A stretch of 64,000 nt of DNA from Dendrobates tinctorius (Eukaryota): contig NW_027361937.1 of the NCBI RefSeq assembly GCF_039654945.1, positions 9,610,001 through 9,674,000 of the forward strand, given 5' to 3'. A program made the position numbers and the translations under genes. Below, one piece after another: positions 36,000-48,504 of the stretch (its first letter is position 1; each line of letters begins with the position of its first letter). The notes beneath the pieces were generated by a model. That model saw nothing but the letters and a program-made list of their open reading frames with translations. It did not search any database and was not told the DNA's origin.

Positions 36000-36790
36000 A
36001 TAAAGCACATAAAAAACCCAAGAAACAAACAAAATGAGCAAATACCCTATAGAATGTTAATACGTAAATAGATATACTACATGTAACTAACATAAGGAAC
36101 TTAGTTAACACTATTTTGATAAAAAAGTGTAAAAGCCTCCTACCACGACAAGGTGTACCCTTGGGACAGTGTAAAGGGCATGTCACACTAAGAGATATCG
36201 CTAGCAATATCGCTATAACTTGTGACGTTATAGTGATATTGCTGGCGATATCGCTATGGCTGATACCTCCGACCGCTCCCCCGCTGGTTATCGCTGATCG
36301 CGCGAGAACGTTCAGGACTGTTTCTCGTCGTCAGCTTCCTGTGGCGCTTCCTGCTGTGACGATGAGCGACGCGTGGAGATGGGCGGGAGGACGTCAGGAT
36401 CGCCTCGTCTGACAGGTAAGTAGCGACCCCCGTCCCCAGCGATGTCGCTGGTGAGATCTGCCTGTGTGGCAGCTCACTAGCGACCACTTAGCGATGCACC
36501 AGCGATCCTGACCGCGTCATATCGCTGGTCGGGATCGCTGGCACATCGCTAAGTGTGACAGTACCTTTATTCTGTCTCTAGTATTAAAAACTTGTAATAG
36601 GATAGTATCATCTTGATTGGGTACACCTTGTCGCGGTGGGATGGATTTTACACTTTTTTTTAAATTTATTAAAATAGTGTTAACTAAGTGCCCTATGTTA
36701 TTTACATGTACTATTACTGTTCACTTACTACAGAACATTTGCTCATTTTGTTTTTTTTGGGGAGTATTTGTCCATTACACATTACACATT
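36000..36790. repeat. ~165-bp inverted repeat pair (36000-36160 / 36619-36775) of a dispersed, probably Penelope-derived family
   Basis: AAAATGAGCAAAT...TTAGTTAACACTATTTT...GACAAGGTGTACCC versus its reverse complement on the other side of a MITE. Confidence 0.65.
36175..36566. mobile_element. Harbinger MITE, AGCGAT family (opposite orientation to the 20624 copy)
   Basis: AGGGCATGTCACAC...GTGTGACAGTACCT; TWA flanks. Confidence 0.85.
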
Positions 36791-37568
36791 GCACATATAT
36801 CAATTTTGGTTTTGCTATAAGACACATAGTTGTAGATGCATATACACAGAATAACCAAGATAACACTTGCTCAAAAACTCACAATTATTTCTCAGTGAAG
36901 GCTGTGAACATGCATCAATTTCCCCAAATCACAAAATCAGATGTGGAAGAGTTAAACCGATCCCTACAGGAATAGAAAGTCTAAAAGCAATAAATCCTTT
37001 AAACAGTTCTGCCAGATGGCTTCAGTGTTAAATAGTCGACAATGCTAAACGAACATCTAATCCCACATCTAAAACCAACGTATAGTAATATTTTTACATA
37101 TGGCAGTCTTTCCAAAGGTTTTTAATAAAGCCAAAATTGAATGTCTCGGTGTTTTTTGTAATTCACACGTGAAAGTTAAATCCAGATGAGGCTTTATATG
37201 TTATGGATAATTGTTACATTTTCTTTGGCAGCTTTAATAAATCTTGACCGAAAAACAAACCACATAGAGTATTTTCTAAAATAATAGAACGCAGAGCTAT
37301 TTTAGATGGCACAGTCGTTAACTTGGTACTCACGTGCGCGCAATGGCAAAATGATACTTTAATTCTTCAGTCAGCGCTGGATGAAAATGACTTGTTCTCT
37401 GGAAACAGCACAAAATAATAATTTTCTTACAGCCTGTTCTTGTTTTGTTTGTGTTCATTCAAAAGACTTTACATAATTGCTAGTAATGAGAATTTTGTTT
37501 CACACTCGCATTATAACAGCATACAGTATTGGGCCTCAGTTATGCCCTCTGCACTTAGCTATATATAC

Positions 37569-37713
37569 NNNNNNNNNNNNNNNNNNNNNNNNNNNNNNNN
37601 NNNNNNNNNNNNNNNNNNNNNNNNNNNNNNNNNNNNNNNNNNNNNNNNNNNNNNNNNNNNNNNNNNNNNNNNNNNNNNNNNNNNNNNNNNNNNNNNNNNN
37701 NNNNNNNNNNNNN
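37569..37713. other. Assembly gap (145 N) next to a (TA)n run
   Basis: N run. Confidence 1.
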
Positions 37714-38467
37714 TAATTTTATCTGTAATTGTTAGTTGGGGGAGTCAAGGCCAGCATTTGTATTTGTTCATAGACCAGGACTGAAGTCTTAGTTAATGAT
37801 AAACCTACTGAGTAAACACGATCACATGCTGTTAATATACACAATGCAAAATGTTGGCCCCTGATATCAAAAGGTAGAACGTGTATGATGAGAGTCCAAG
37901 GTACAGCAGGCAAAATGAAACCATAGCACCTGTCTAGTTTTAAAGGGGCAAAATCCAAAGGGATAGGGCCTACATAAATGGCACTTCTATACATCAAAAA
38001 ATCCAAAACGAAAAGAGAAGTAATGCCATAAAATCAATAGCCTTTATTATAACAATCATATAAACATAAAAACACTAAAAGGAGATACATGTCCAATGCC
38101 ACCCAATAAGGAAAGTGCATATATTGCCTCCTGTCAAACAAACACCTCAGCAGAGCATACAGTACATAGATATAGACGTAGTGCAATGGCGGCAAACATG
38201 CATAAATGCTCCACTAAATGTTTCTGTAAGGCACTCTATAAATGACACAATATTCACACCAGTTTGCACTAATATAATCCCTGTGGAAAAATATCTCACA
38301 AATAAGTAGTAACCCACAACAATGCTCAAGGTAGAGTGTAACTAATCACTCAGAGTTACTAGTACTCCATGCATATATAGATGTAAATGAAAAAATGGCT
38401 CTCAATATACATGTATCATAAAGATTACAAAGAAGAGAGACCTATAATGTTATCTAAAAGGTACATA

Positions 38468-40065
38468 CAGTGGGGAAAAAAAGTATTTAGTCAGTCAGCA
38501 ATAGTGCAAGTTCCACCACTTAAAAAGATGAGAGGCGTCTGTAATTTACATCATAGGTAGACCTCAACTATGGGAGACAAACTGAGAAAAAAAAATCCAG
38601 AAAATCACATTGTCTGTTTTTTTTTTCATTTTATTTGCATATTATGGTGGAAAATAAGTATTTGGTCAGAAACAAAATTTCATCTCAATACTTTGTGATA
38701 TATCCTTTGTTGGCAATGACAGAGGTCAAACGTTTTCTGTAAGTCTTCACAAGGTTGCCACACACTGTTGTTGGTATGTTGGCCCATTCCTCCATGCAGA
38801 TCTCCTCTAGAGCAGTGATGTTTTTGGCTTTTCACTTGGCAACACGGACTTTCAACTCCCTCCAAAGGTTTTCTATAGGGTTGAGATCTGGAGACTGGCT
38901 AGGCCACTCCAGGACCTTGAAATGCTTCTTACGAAGCCACTCCTTCGTTGCCCTGGCGGTGTGCTTTGGATCATTGTCATGTTGAAAGACCCAGCCACGT
39001 TTCATCTTCAATGCCCTTGCTGATGGAAGGAGGTTTGCACTCAAAATCTCACGATACATGGCCCCATTCATTCTTTCATGTACCCGGATCAGTCGTCCTG
39101 GCCCCTTTGCAGAGAAACAGCCCCAAAGCATGATGTTTCCACCACCATGCTTTACAGTAGGTATGGTGTTTGATGGATGCAACTCAGTATTCTTTTTCCT
39201 CCAAACACGACAAGTTGTGTTTCTACCAAACAGTTCCAGTTTGGTTTCATCAGACCATAGGACATTCTCCCAAAACTCCTCTGGATCATCCAAATGCTCT
39301 CTAGCAAACTTCAGACGGGCCCGGACATGTACAGGCTTAAGCAGTGGGGCACTGCAGGATCTGAGTCCATAGTGGCGTAGTGTGTTACTTATGGTAGGCC
39401 TTGTTACATTGGTCCCAGCTCTCTGCAGTTCATTCACTAGGTCCCCCCGTGTGGTTTTGGGATTTTTGCTCACCGTTCTTGTGATCATTCTGACCCCACG
39501 GGGTGGGATTTTGCGTGGAGCACCAGATCGAGGGAGATTATCAGTGGTCTTGTATGTCTTCCATTTTCTAATTATTGCTCCCACAGTTGATTTCTTCACT
39601 CCAAGCTGGTTGGCTATTGCAGATTCAGTCTTCCCAGCCTGGTGCAGGGCTACAATTTTGTTTCTGGTGTCCTTTGACAGCTCTTTGGTCTTCACCATAG
39701 TGGAGTTTGGAGTCAGACTGTTTGAGGGTGTGCACAGGTGTCTTTTTATACTGATAACAAGTTTAAACAGGTGCCATTACTACAGGTAATGAGTGGAGGA
39801 AAGTGGAGACTCTTAAAGAAGAAGTTACAGGTCTGTGAGAGCCAGAAATCTTGATTGCTTGTTTCTGACCAAATACTTATTTTCCACCATAATATGCAAA
39901 TAAAATGAAAAAAAAACAGACAATGTGATTTTCTGGATTTTTTTTTCTCAGTTTGTCTCCCATAGTTGAGGTCTACCTATGATGTAAATTACAGATGCCT
40001 CTCATCTTTTTAAGTGGTGGAACTTGCACTATTGCTGACTGACTAAATACTTTTTTTCCCCACTG
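38468..40065 (-). mobile_element. Full-length Tc1 (DD34E) transposon, ~205-bp TIRs, TA TSD
   Basis: TA|CAGTGGGGAAAAAAAGTATTTAGTCAGTC ... reverse complement|TA; TIRs nearly identical. Confidence 0.97.
38685..39698 (-). pseudogene. Tc1 transposase with a premature TGA after codon 288
   Basis: Paired-like HTH N-terminus; [24 protein letters not shown] (34 residues between D and E). The frame continues past the TGA at 38832 to ...ANKGYITKY* at 38685. Confidence 0.92.
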
Positions 40066-40369
40066 TAAATTACTGAGTGCAGCGGTACAGATATACAGGT
40101 CTCACACTGTGTGCCAAAAATCAGAGCATATGTAGAGTGGTCTGGTAAATAGTATATTGACCATCAAGCCCCAACCAGGTCTACCTACATACAAAGCAAA
40201 GTGCAGCAGCACAGATATATAAATCCAACACTAAGTGCCAAAAATCAGAGCATATGTAGGGCGGTTTGGTAACCAGTATACTAACCATCAAGCCCCAGCC
40301 AGGTCTACCTACTAACAGTAAAGTGCATAGTGCATACACGAGAACATACAACTTTATTGAGCACAGATC

Positions 40370-40408
40370 CCCGATGCGCGTTTCGCTCTAGCTTCGTCTC
40401 AGGGGGGT
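40370..40408 (-). ncRNA. Degenerate minimal type-I hammerhead ribozyme in the Penelope pseudo-LTR
   Basis: Minus: CCCC-CTGA(GA)CGA-A-GC[TAGA]GC-GAAAC-GCGC-ATC-GGGG. CCCC/GGGG stem I; 2-nt insertion in the core and G>A at the GUC site. Confidence 0.6.
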
Positions 40409-41171
40409 GAGTAATATGGCTATAGGTCTTGTGTGCCCTTAAATAGCCCCTCAGTCTGGGATAATTACCTCACAGGCCTGCAGTATCTGGCGTGTGACGC
40501 CGCCATTGGGCGTGCCCGCCCACAGCTCCGCCACTCCCCCGTCTGACATGTCAGAACAGGGAGGAAGCAGGAAACCGCTCAGGACGCCGCGTCCCCATGG
40601 TAACACACCTCACCACGTGACCTCGCCGTCAGCCGCTTGGCCACGCCCCCATCCACCGTGTCAGGATAGAGAAGCCACACAAGCAGGCCAGGCGGACGAT
40701 GCCACAAAGTGAGAGCCAGAAAACCGCATCCACATGTGTGCACACCGCCCTTAAGAGTATAAACATAGATAATATCAGTGCACAATGTCTTTTTTTATTT
40801 TGCAGTGGTACTTAAGATATATGAAAGAACCGCATACATATGCACACATGCCTATCTATGTATAAGACTAACAAAAAATGTAAAAATTATATATATAGCA
40901 CGGTGTGCATCCAGGCCCACAAGTATTAACCAGACAAACACAAGCTTAGTATAATGCTATATGAGAAAAAGAGTATATATATATATCTAAATATGTCGCT
41001 CCCAATGTATTAGGCCCTACATAGGGTACATAATACCCACACTATCTTCATATGTATAAAATAGCATCTAAGCAATTCTACCCTCTAGGGATACACAAAG
41101 AGAATATATATCAACTATACAAAATTACTAATAACAAACATTATATGCACTGAAATATATGCTACAAAATA

Positions 41172-42070
41172 CACTCACTGGCCACTTTATTAGGTACACC
41201 TGTCCAACTGTGTGTTAAGACTTAATTTCTAATCAGCCAATCACATGGCGGCAACTCAGTGCATTTAGGCATGTAGACATGGTCAAGACAATCTCCTGCA
41301 GTTCAAATCGAGCATCAGTATGGGGAAGAAAGGTGATTTGAGTGCCTTTGAACGTGGCATGATTGTTGGTGCCAGAAGGGCTGGTCTGAGTATTTCAGAA
41401 ACTGCTGATCTACTGGGATTTTCACGCACAACCATCTCTAGGGTTTACAGAGAATGGTCCGAAAAAGAAAAAAAATCCAGTGAGCGGCAGTTCTGTGGCC
41501 GGAAATGCCTTGTTGATGCCAGAGGTCAGAGGAGAATGGGCATACTGGTTCGAGCTGATAGAAAGGCAACAGTGACTCAAATTGCCACCCGTTACAACCA
41601 AGGTAGGCAGAAGAGCATCTCTGAACGCACAGTGCGTCGAACTTTGAGGCAGATGTGCTACAGCAGCAGAAGACCACACTGGGTACCACTCCTCTCAGCT
41701 AAGAACAGGCATCTGATGGCTACTTTCAGCAGGATAATGCGCCATGTCATAAAGCTCGATTCATCTCAGATTGGTTTCTTGAACATGACAATGAGTTCAC
41801 TGTACTCAAATGGCCTCCTCAGTCACCAGATCTCAATCCAATAGAGCATCTTTGGGATGTGGTGGAACGGGAGATTCGCATCAGGGATGTGCAGCCGACA
41901 AATCTGCGCCAACTGTGTGATGCCATCATGTCAATATGGTCCAAAATCTCTGAGGAATGCTTCCAGCACCTTGTTGAATCTCTGCCACGAAGAATTGAGG
42001 CAGTTCTGAAGGCAAAAGGGGGTCCAACCCGTTACTAGCATGGTGTACCTAATAAAGTGGCCAGTGAGTG
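41172..42070 (+). mobile_element. Internally deleted Tc1-superfamily element, DD36E (Incomer-type)
   Basis: TA|29-bp perfect TIR CACTCACTGGCCACTTTATTAGGTACACC|TA. N-terminus MGKKGDLSAFERGMIVGARRAG from 41320; deletion at ~41709; shifted frame FQQDNAPCH...SPDLNPIE has 36 residues between D and E. Confidence 0.9.
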
Positions 42071-42420
42071 TATATTACATGTATTACATTCACTATGCTC
42101 AAAAGGAGAGATTACATGGAAACATAACAATGTTCCACACAGTTTCATCTTCTTTCCTGTTTCCCAAAGAGAACTTTTCAATCCAGAGTAGTCACCATGG
42201 AAATCCCAGGGTACAGACTTCCCTTGCCCCATCATACTCAGTTCTTCACATCCTTACACCTTTTCTTCATAGGGACATACAGTAATAATCCATCTCTCCA
42301 GGGAGCAATCCTAGTGACCGGAACCATCACCACCACGATATTCCCAGATAGCCCAATATCAAAAAATCTGAAAAACAGACTACATATTAAAATTCTAAAA
42401 GAAAACACCATAAAACCACA

Positions 42421-42815
42421 CTAAAGGAAGGGGGCAAAACTCAGAACCTCATTGAGGCCTTTCGGTTGCACTGAATCTATTCTATATATCCATTGTGTGT
42501 CTACCTGTGCCAGTCTTTTTCTCACATTTCCGCCTCTTTGGTCCACATGGATTTTATCAATACCCATTACTCTCAATAATTTGGGATTACAGTCATGCAC
42601 TGCACCTTAAAATGTTTGGGTAGGGGTTTCAAAATTGTGCTGTCATTTATTTCGCATGCATTTTTGATGTCCCTATAGTGTTCTCTGACTCAAGCTTTCA
42701 ATGGTCTCGAGGTCATCCCTACATAAATTTTCATGCACGGGCATGTTGCATAATATACTACTCCCGTTGTATTGCATGTAATGTGTTGAGTGATGTCAAA
42801 TGTTTTCTTTCCATC
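42421..42815 (-). pseudogene. GIY-YIG endonuclease remnant of the Penelope-like element
   Basis: HITCNTTGVVYYATCPCMKIYVGMTSRPLKA*VREH...WIYRIDSVQPKGLNEVLSFAPFL*; one stop, one frameshift; absent from the ORF track. Confidence 0.9.
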
Positions 42816-42898
42816 AATGTAAATATATGATTGTTATAATAAAGGCTATTGATTTTATGGCATTACTTCTCTTTTCGTTTTGGATTTTTTAGTTTTAA

Positions 42899-43253
42899 AG
42901 GGGACCTGTCACCAAGTCAAACGTGATCATTTGTTGCTCTTACTTTACTCCCACTGTTCCCCTGAGTATTCTATTGATTTTCTTTTTTAAATCCATCATA
43001 CAGTTCCGTAGATATGGACTGCTTTAATTTGGTGCTAATTGTTATGGTCTTTATCATGGGGGCGTGGCTCACAGGATTCTGTGGGGGGGGTGTCATTAGG
43101 CTGCTCGGTATAATTACTCACTGAGCAACGCCCCTTTGTAAAGACCATATAAAAAAGGTTCTGGAACCATACTAAAGAAAAACAAAATACTCAGGGAAAC
43201 AGCAAGAGTAAAAACAAAAAAGTGGTCGTTTTTGATCTGGTGGCAGCTTCTCT
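42899..43253. mobile_element. T2/Kolobok-type MITE
   Basis: TTAA|AGGGGACCTGTCACC...GGTGGCAGCTTCTCT|TTAA. Confidence 0.8.
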
Positions 43254-44296
43254 TTAAAGGCCTCTCTAATACGCATCTACTCTGGCGGACATTAGTACAT
43301 TTATTAATTTGCCGTGATAGTGTTCTTTAGATTTGTGTGTAACATCCCTAAACCAGAAAAGTGGATTCCACACTTGGGGTCTGGGTATTTAGGGCTAGGT
43401 TAGCAGCTGAATCTTGCCTAGCTACTGACTATGTATCCTGATATTATGTATTGAACGATCGGTATTTGTTGCAATTAGACAGGTTTATTAAGGTATCACT
43501 CGTAAAATGGCTGATTTTCCATTGAAAAGGCTAGCAGAAGTTAAGAGGCAAAGCATGCAAGAGGTACAAGATGGTTGTATTGTTCTTCACCCATTTTAAC
43601 TACAATTGATGGCTAATACAACCCTAAAACTTCTGAACCGTTTATTTCCTGTGGTATTAGTTGGATTGGTCTACCAGAGGAGCCTCTAAAGGGCTCAGGC
43701 TCTGACATACAAATGTAACCCACCAACCTGACGTTTCGGCATTTGTGGGCAAGCCGTTGCCATTAGGATATCTTTCTAATGAGATATGCCCTATGTGTAA
43801 GAGATTGTGACGCATTTATAAGTGGACTTGTACAGGTTCTTTATGGTTGTAGCTTGGCCTTCAGAATCATCTCAGATGAGTGCATGGAGCCTCAATCTCG
43901 CACTGATTATGGGTTCCAGAACCCATAAGGAAACATCTGTATACTTGTCTGCTCATATAGGCCAAAGCGCTGACTTTTTTAGTAATAGGAGACAGAGTTT
44001 AGTGTCACATTCCTTTTATCTAAACACGGAAACTGATCGCGTAGCAGAGGGTCATTCTGACATTGTTTTGACTGCGGGACAAAAGCTTGGATTTCTCAGT
44101 AATCCTTTTCATGAGTGAGAACCGCCATCTTGGAAACATGATATTCGTCATAAGTACCACGATCTGTGCTTTTCTACTGTATCTTAATTTATTAAACTGT
44201 AGATATTGGAGTTGTTCATGTAAAAAGATCAGCGATATCACCTGAAACTACAGGTAACACTCAAGCCTAAGATTTAGAACGTATTAAAGCATCTTG

Positions 44297-44384
44297 TCCG
44301 GTCCATCCAAGAGCTGGAAGTAGTATCCCAGGCTAGACTATCCGGTCCATCCAAGAGCTGGAAGTAGTATCCCAGGCTAGACTA
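44297..44384 (+). repeat. Perfect 44-bp tandem duplication
   Basis: TCCGGTCCATCCAAGAGCTGGAAGTAGTATCCCAGGCTAGACTA x2. Confidence 0.95.
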
Positions 44385-44439
44385 TGCACACAGTTTGATC
44401 TTGGATGGACAAGACTTTGGAGGGGGATGGGGTGTCTGA

Positions 44440-45126
<687 letters not shown>

Positions 45127-45407
45127 TAAGCAATTATTAATAATGGTCACGTAGTGCCAACCTACCTGTCACTAGAATGTCCTTTAATCTTTACTAAGGC
45201 AGTAGTATTTCTTACTCACTATTTCTCTATGGGCACTTTATTATGGATACATATACAACGGATCCATCACATGGACATGTAGGTGTGCATAGTGCTATGC
45301 TGCATTACAGTACGTAAGTGTTGTGAGGCTGCAAGTCCTTTCATATATCCGAGACCGTGTAAAGAATCACCAGCGGGAGAGCCGTTGTGTGTCCGAAGAC
45401 ACAATAA

Positions 45408-45797
45408 GGCTACTTTCACATTTCCGTTTTGAAGCATCAGGCGCGATGCGGCAAAAAATGTAAAAACCGGATCCGGCGCCTGCTGCCACCGGATCCGGCT
45501 TTTTTCCCATAGACTTACATTATCGCCTGATGGCCATGCGGTGTGTCCGGCTTTAGCCGGAAACGGCAAAAAATGCCTGTCCGGCGTCTGCAAAAAACGT
45601 TCCATGCAGCGTTTTTTGACTGCGCCGGACCGCTTTTTTGCAGAGCGCATGCCCGAAGACTCTCTTTCCCTCTCCCTCTCCTGTACCGTATCCGGCAAAA
45701 ACAGATGATCCGGCGGGCTGCGGCTTCTACCGGATCCGGTTTGACAACTTTTCGCCGCAGCCCGCCGGATTTAAAATCCGGAAATGTGAAAGTAGCC
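45408..45797. mobile_element. Harbinger MITE, CCGG-rich family
   Basis: Perfect 19-bp TIR GGCTACTTTCACATTTCCG; TAA TSD. Confidence 0.88.
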
Positions 45798-46080
45798 TAA
45801 AGGGTTTTTTTTCCAGAAAAAATGGCAATTTGTGTAATAGGATTAAAAAGCCACATTACCATTATACGTGATAAACTGCCATCACCTTTGTAGGGTAAGT
45901 ATGGCTTATGGAATATTTATAGTATTTACTGGTACGGGACCACCGGAACATTGGTGATGGACTGTGGGCGATTTAGCAAGGGAGTTATTTTATTTCATAA
46001 TCGCTGACCTTTTAATCCCAGTTGAAGTTGCACTGAGAAGTGAATGAAAACATATTGTGTCTGTATTTGTTTTCTCTTAA

Positions 46081-46385
46081 AGGGGTTACCCGGCCTTGGG
46101 GTACAAATCTGCAGTCTCCCTGTGACTGCAGACTTGTGAATCCTCACATCCCGCACACTGCACGCTGCAAGGATTCTCAGTATGTGATTTGCATACTTCC
46201 AGCCACATTACAACTAGACTGTGCCCAGCCTTGCTGAATACACTTGCATCTAGTCTGTGTGTGACTATATGAATGCAAATCACACTTTTACAGTCACACA
46301 CCTACCAGTTCCAGCATCGGCACCAGAAGATCCTCACCGTGCAGTAAAATGACTGCTGACTTGTAGCCAAGGCTGGACAACCGCT
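46081..46385. mobile_element. T2/Kolobok-type MITE
   Basis: TTAA|AGGGGTTACCCGGCC...GGCTGGACAACCGCT|TTAA. Confidence 0.75.
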
Positions 46386-46544
46386 TTAATATTTAATGGG
46401 CAGTACAATATAGGAAACTTCCTTATGTAGAGAGCACAATCACTCCAGCTCCAAGTCGTAGCAACAGGGACAGAAAACAAGACAAGCTGTATATCAAATA
46501 ATCTGCAATTGACCCTAGATGATCTGGAGATTAAAATGTAATCG

Positions 46545-46575
<31 letters not shown>

Positions 46576-46857
46576 ATCAATAGTACACAAGGAAATCAGA
46601 AACTCTGTAATATATCTTATTCCTCCTGGACTGATCATGCATTCTTAAAATTGCTAATTCCTGTGTGAAATCTGTCCTCAGTGAATACTGATTTTTCCCA
46701 TTACTGAGATCAAAGCTGACAGTTGGTGTTTATAAAGTTCTATAGAGAACAAGTAGCAGAAAGTTTGTGTCGGTCTCAAGCTCCTCCACACTCTGTAAAA
46801 TTTTATAGACTCCAAGATACCCATAAATTGTCACATTTTAAAGATATGGGTGATTAC

Positions 46858-46954
46858 TAGTGATGAGCTATTAATCAGCCGAGAGACATGCAGCCGCAGG
46901 GACTCAAACATATTTTCCGAGCACACCTTATCCCAGCACGTTCGCTCCTCACCA
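46858..46954. mobile_element. 97-bp hAT mini-MITE (TAGTGATGAGC family)
   Basis: Perfect 8-bp TSD GTGATTAC. Confidence 0.75.
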
Positions 46955-47031
46955 GTGATTACTTCTCTAGATCGTTCTTCAGCTTTGGAAACATCCACAC
47001 ACTACTTACTGTAGCTGCACAAGCCAGAAAT

Positions 47032-47103
47032 CACACACACATGCGCACGCACATACACACATGCGCACGCACATACACACATGCACACGCACATACACGC
47101 ACG
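47032..47103. repeat. Alternating purine-pyrimidine minisatellite (20-bp unit ACACACATGCGCACGCACAT)
   Basis: Direct reading. Confidence 0.85.
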
Positions 47104-47526
47104 CTGTGACTCGTTCTTCAAGACTTAGCAAATACACCACAAAAAAATAGTTTATTTAGCAAACTGGCAAATGGGATGTGATAATGACACCCTTTATGGC
47201 TAACAGATGTTTGATGCCTTCCCAACTGTACTTGAGCCTGGAGACTACATCAGATCACTGATAAACCAGAAGTTTATTTTTGTTTCTTCACATTTTCCCT
47301 TCATTGCCTGAAAATGAGAATCCAATTGTCTGCTTCTACAATTTATTCACACCCCCCTGTAAAAAAAAAAAAAAAAAGTATAGCAAACAAAAGAATAGGA
47401 GGCAGGGGTTATTGAGCTGGATCTGCCTAAAGCAATTAAAGTGATGCTCTGTTTTAACACTTTAGGTGTTATATAACTGTGTTCCAGAGCAGCAGCGGTG
47501 AAATTGGGGGCAGCATTGCCGTCTTA

Positions 47527-47894
47527 AGCCATGTTCGCATGTCCAGTAATCATCCGTTAGAACAGACCACGCAGCAATTCATTGACAACAAAAGTTGTCC
47601 TCCTGAAAAATACTGATTTTAACATGATCCTTTTTTTTTTTTTTTTACATCGAAGTCTATGGAAAACGGATCCGTTATTAGCCATCCGTTTTTCTTTCAT
47701 TTGAAAAAGGATCCGTTTTTTGCTTATTGGATCAGTTACAAAAGCAAGAAAAGCAAGAAAAAAAATGGATCCAGTTGAAATCAGTTTTCTTTAGCTGGAC
47801 AAAAACCTGTGTCTGCACATCTTTTTCTTTGTCAAAGCACGGATTGGTGCTGGATCTGTTCTAATGGATGATTACTGAACATGTGAACAGAGTC
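47527..47894. mobile_element. Older Harbinger MITE (GGATCC-rich)
   Basis: GCCATGTTCGCATGTCCAGTAATCATCC...GGATGATTACTGAACATGTGAACAGAGTC; TTA flanks. Confidence 0.65.
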
Positions 47895-48294
47895 TTAACC
47901 AACAGAAACAATTACTATGAAGCCTTTGACAGTCGTATTCACAAGTCCCTCTGGTGCTGTACTATGGAGCAGTAGGCATGGCATTTTGAGGTATATGCTA
48001 CCACCAGACAGCACAATATAATGGATGTGTTATTACTGCCCTACACTACGTCTAGGGAAGAACAGCACTATGGGGGCTTATCATGGCTGATTATAATTCT
48101 GAACATGTATGAGCTTAATACAACTTCATACCTGAGTTCGCAACTTACCACTGACTCATGTGTAAAGCAAGAAGTTGTGTGACTTGAAGTTGCAAGGCAT
48201 TACATAGTAACAGGGGTTAGGTGCCACCTTACTGGGAAAAAATGTCACAGAAGTTGCTGTTTAGACTGTGTAAGGGGGTGGAATGATACTATTC

Positions 48295-48298
<4 letters not shown>

Positions 48299-48345
<47 letters not shown>
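48299..48345. repeat. (CT)n microsatellite
   Basis: Direct reading. Confidence 0.95.
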
Positions 48346-48347
<2 letters not shown>

Positions 48348-48504
48348 AATGTTCTTAATTTTTTTTAATAACTTGGTGATACTGCTACATGTCATCATGT
48401 ATTATCACCCAGAATTAATGGTATTGCCACACTGTTATATGTGTAACCATTTGCTGCAAATATGTTGAGTTTCATTGTGTAATGCTATGTTTCAGATAGG
48501 GGAA

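Larger units (their letters stand above)
37949..42889 (-). mobile_element. 5'-truncated Penelope-like element (Neptune-type) with 5' inversion, containing two nested Tc1-superfamily insertions
   Basis: GIY-YIG remnant 42421-42815. 14-bp TSD TAGTTTTAAAGGGG (37935-37948 / 42890-42903). 37996-38062 recurs inverted at 42823-42890. Hammerhead-like motif at ~40370-40408. Confidence 0.8.

Noticed and set aside
37440-37784. ORFs spanning X residues
   Set aside because: Artefacts of the N gap.
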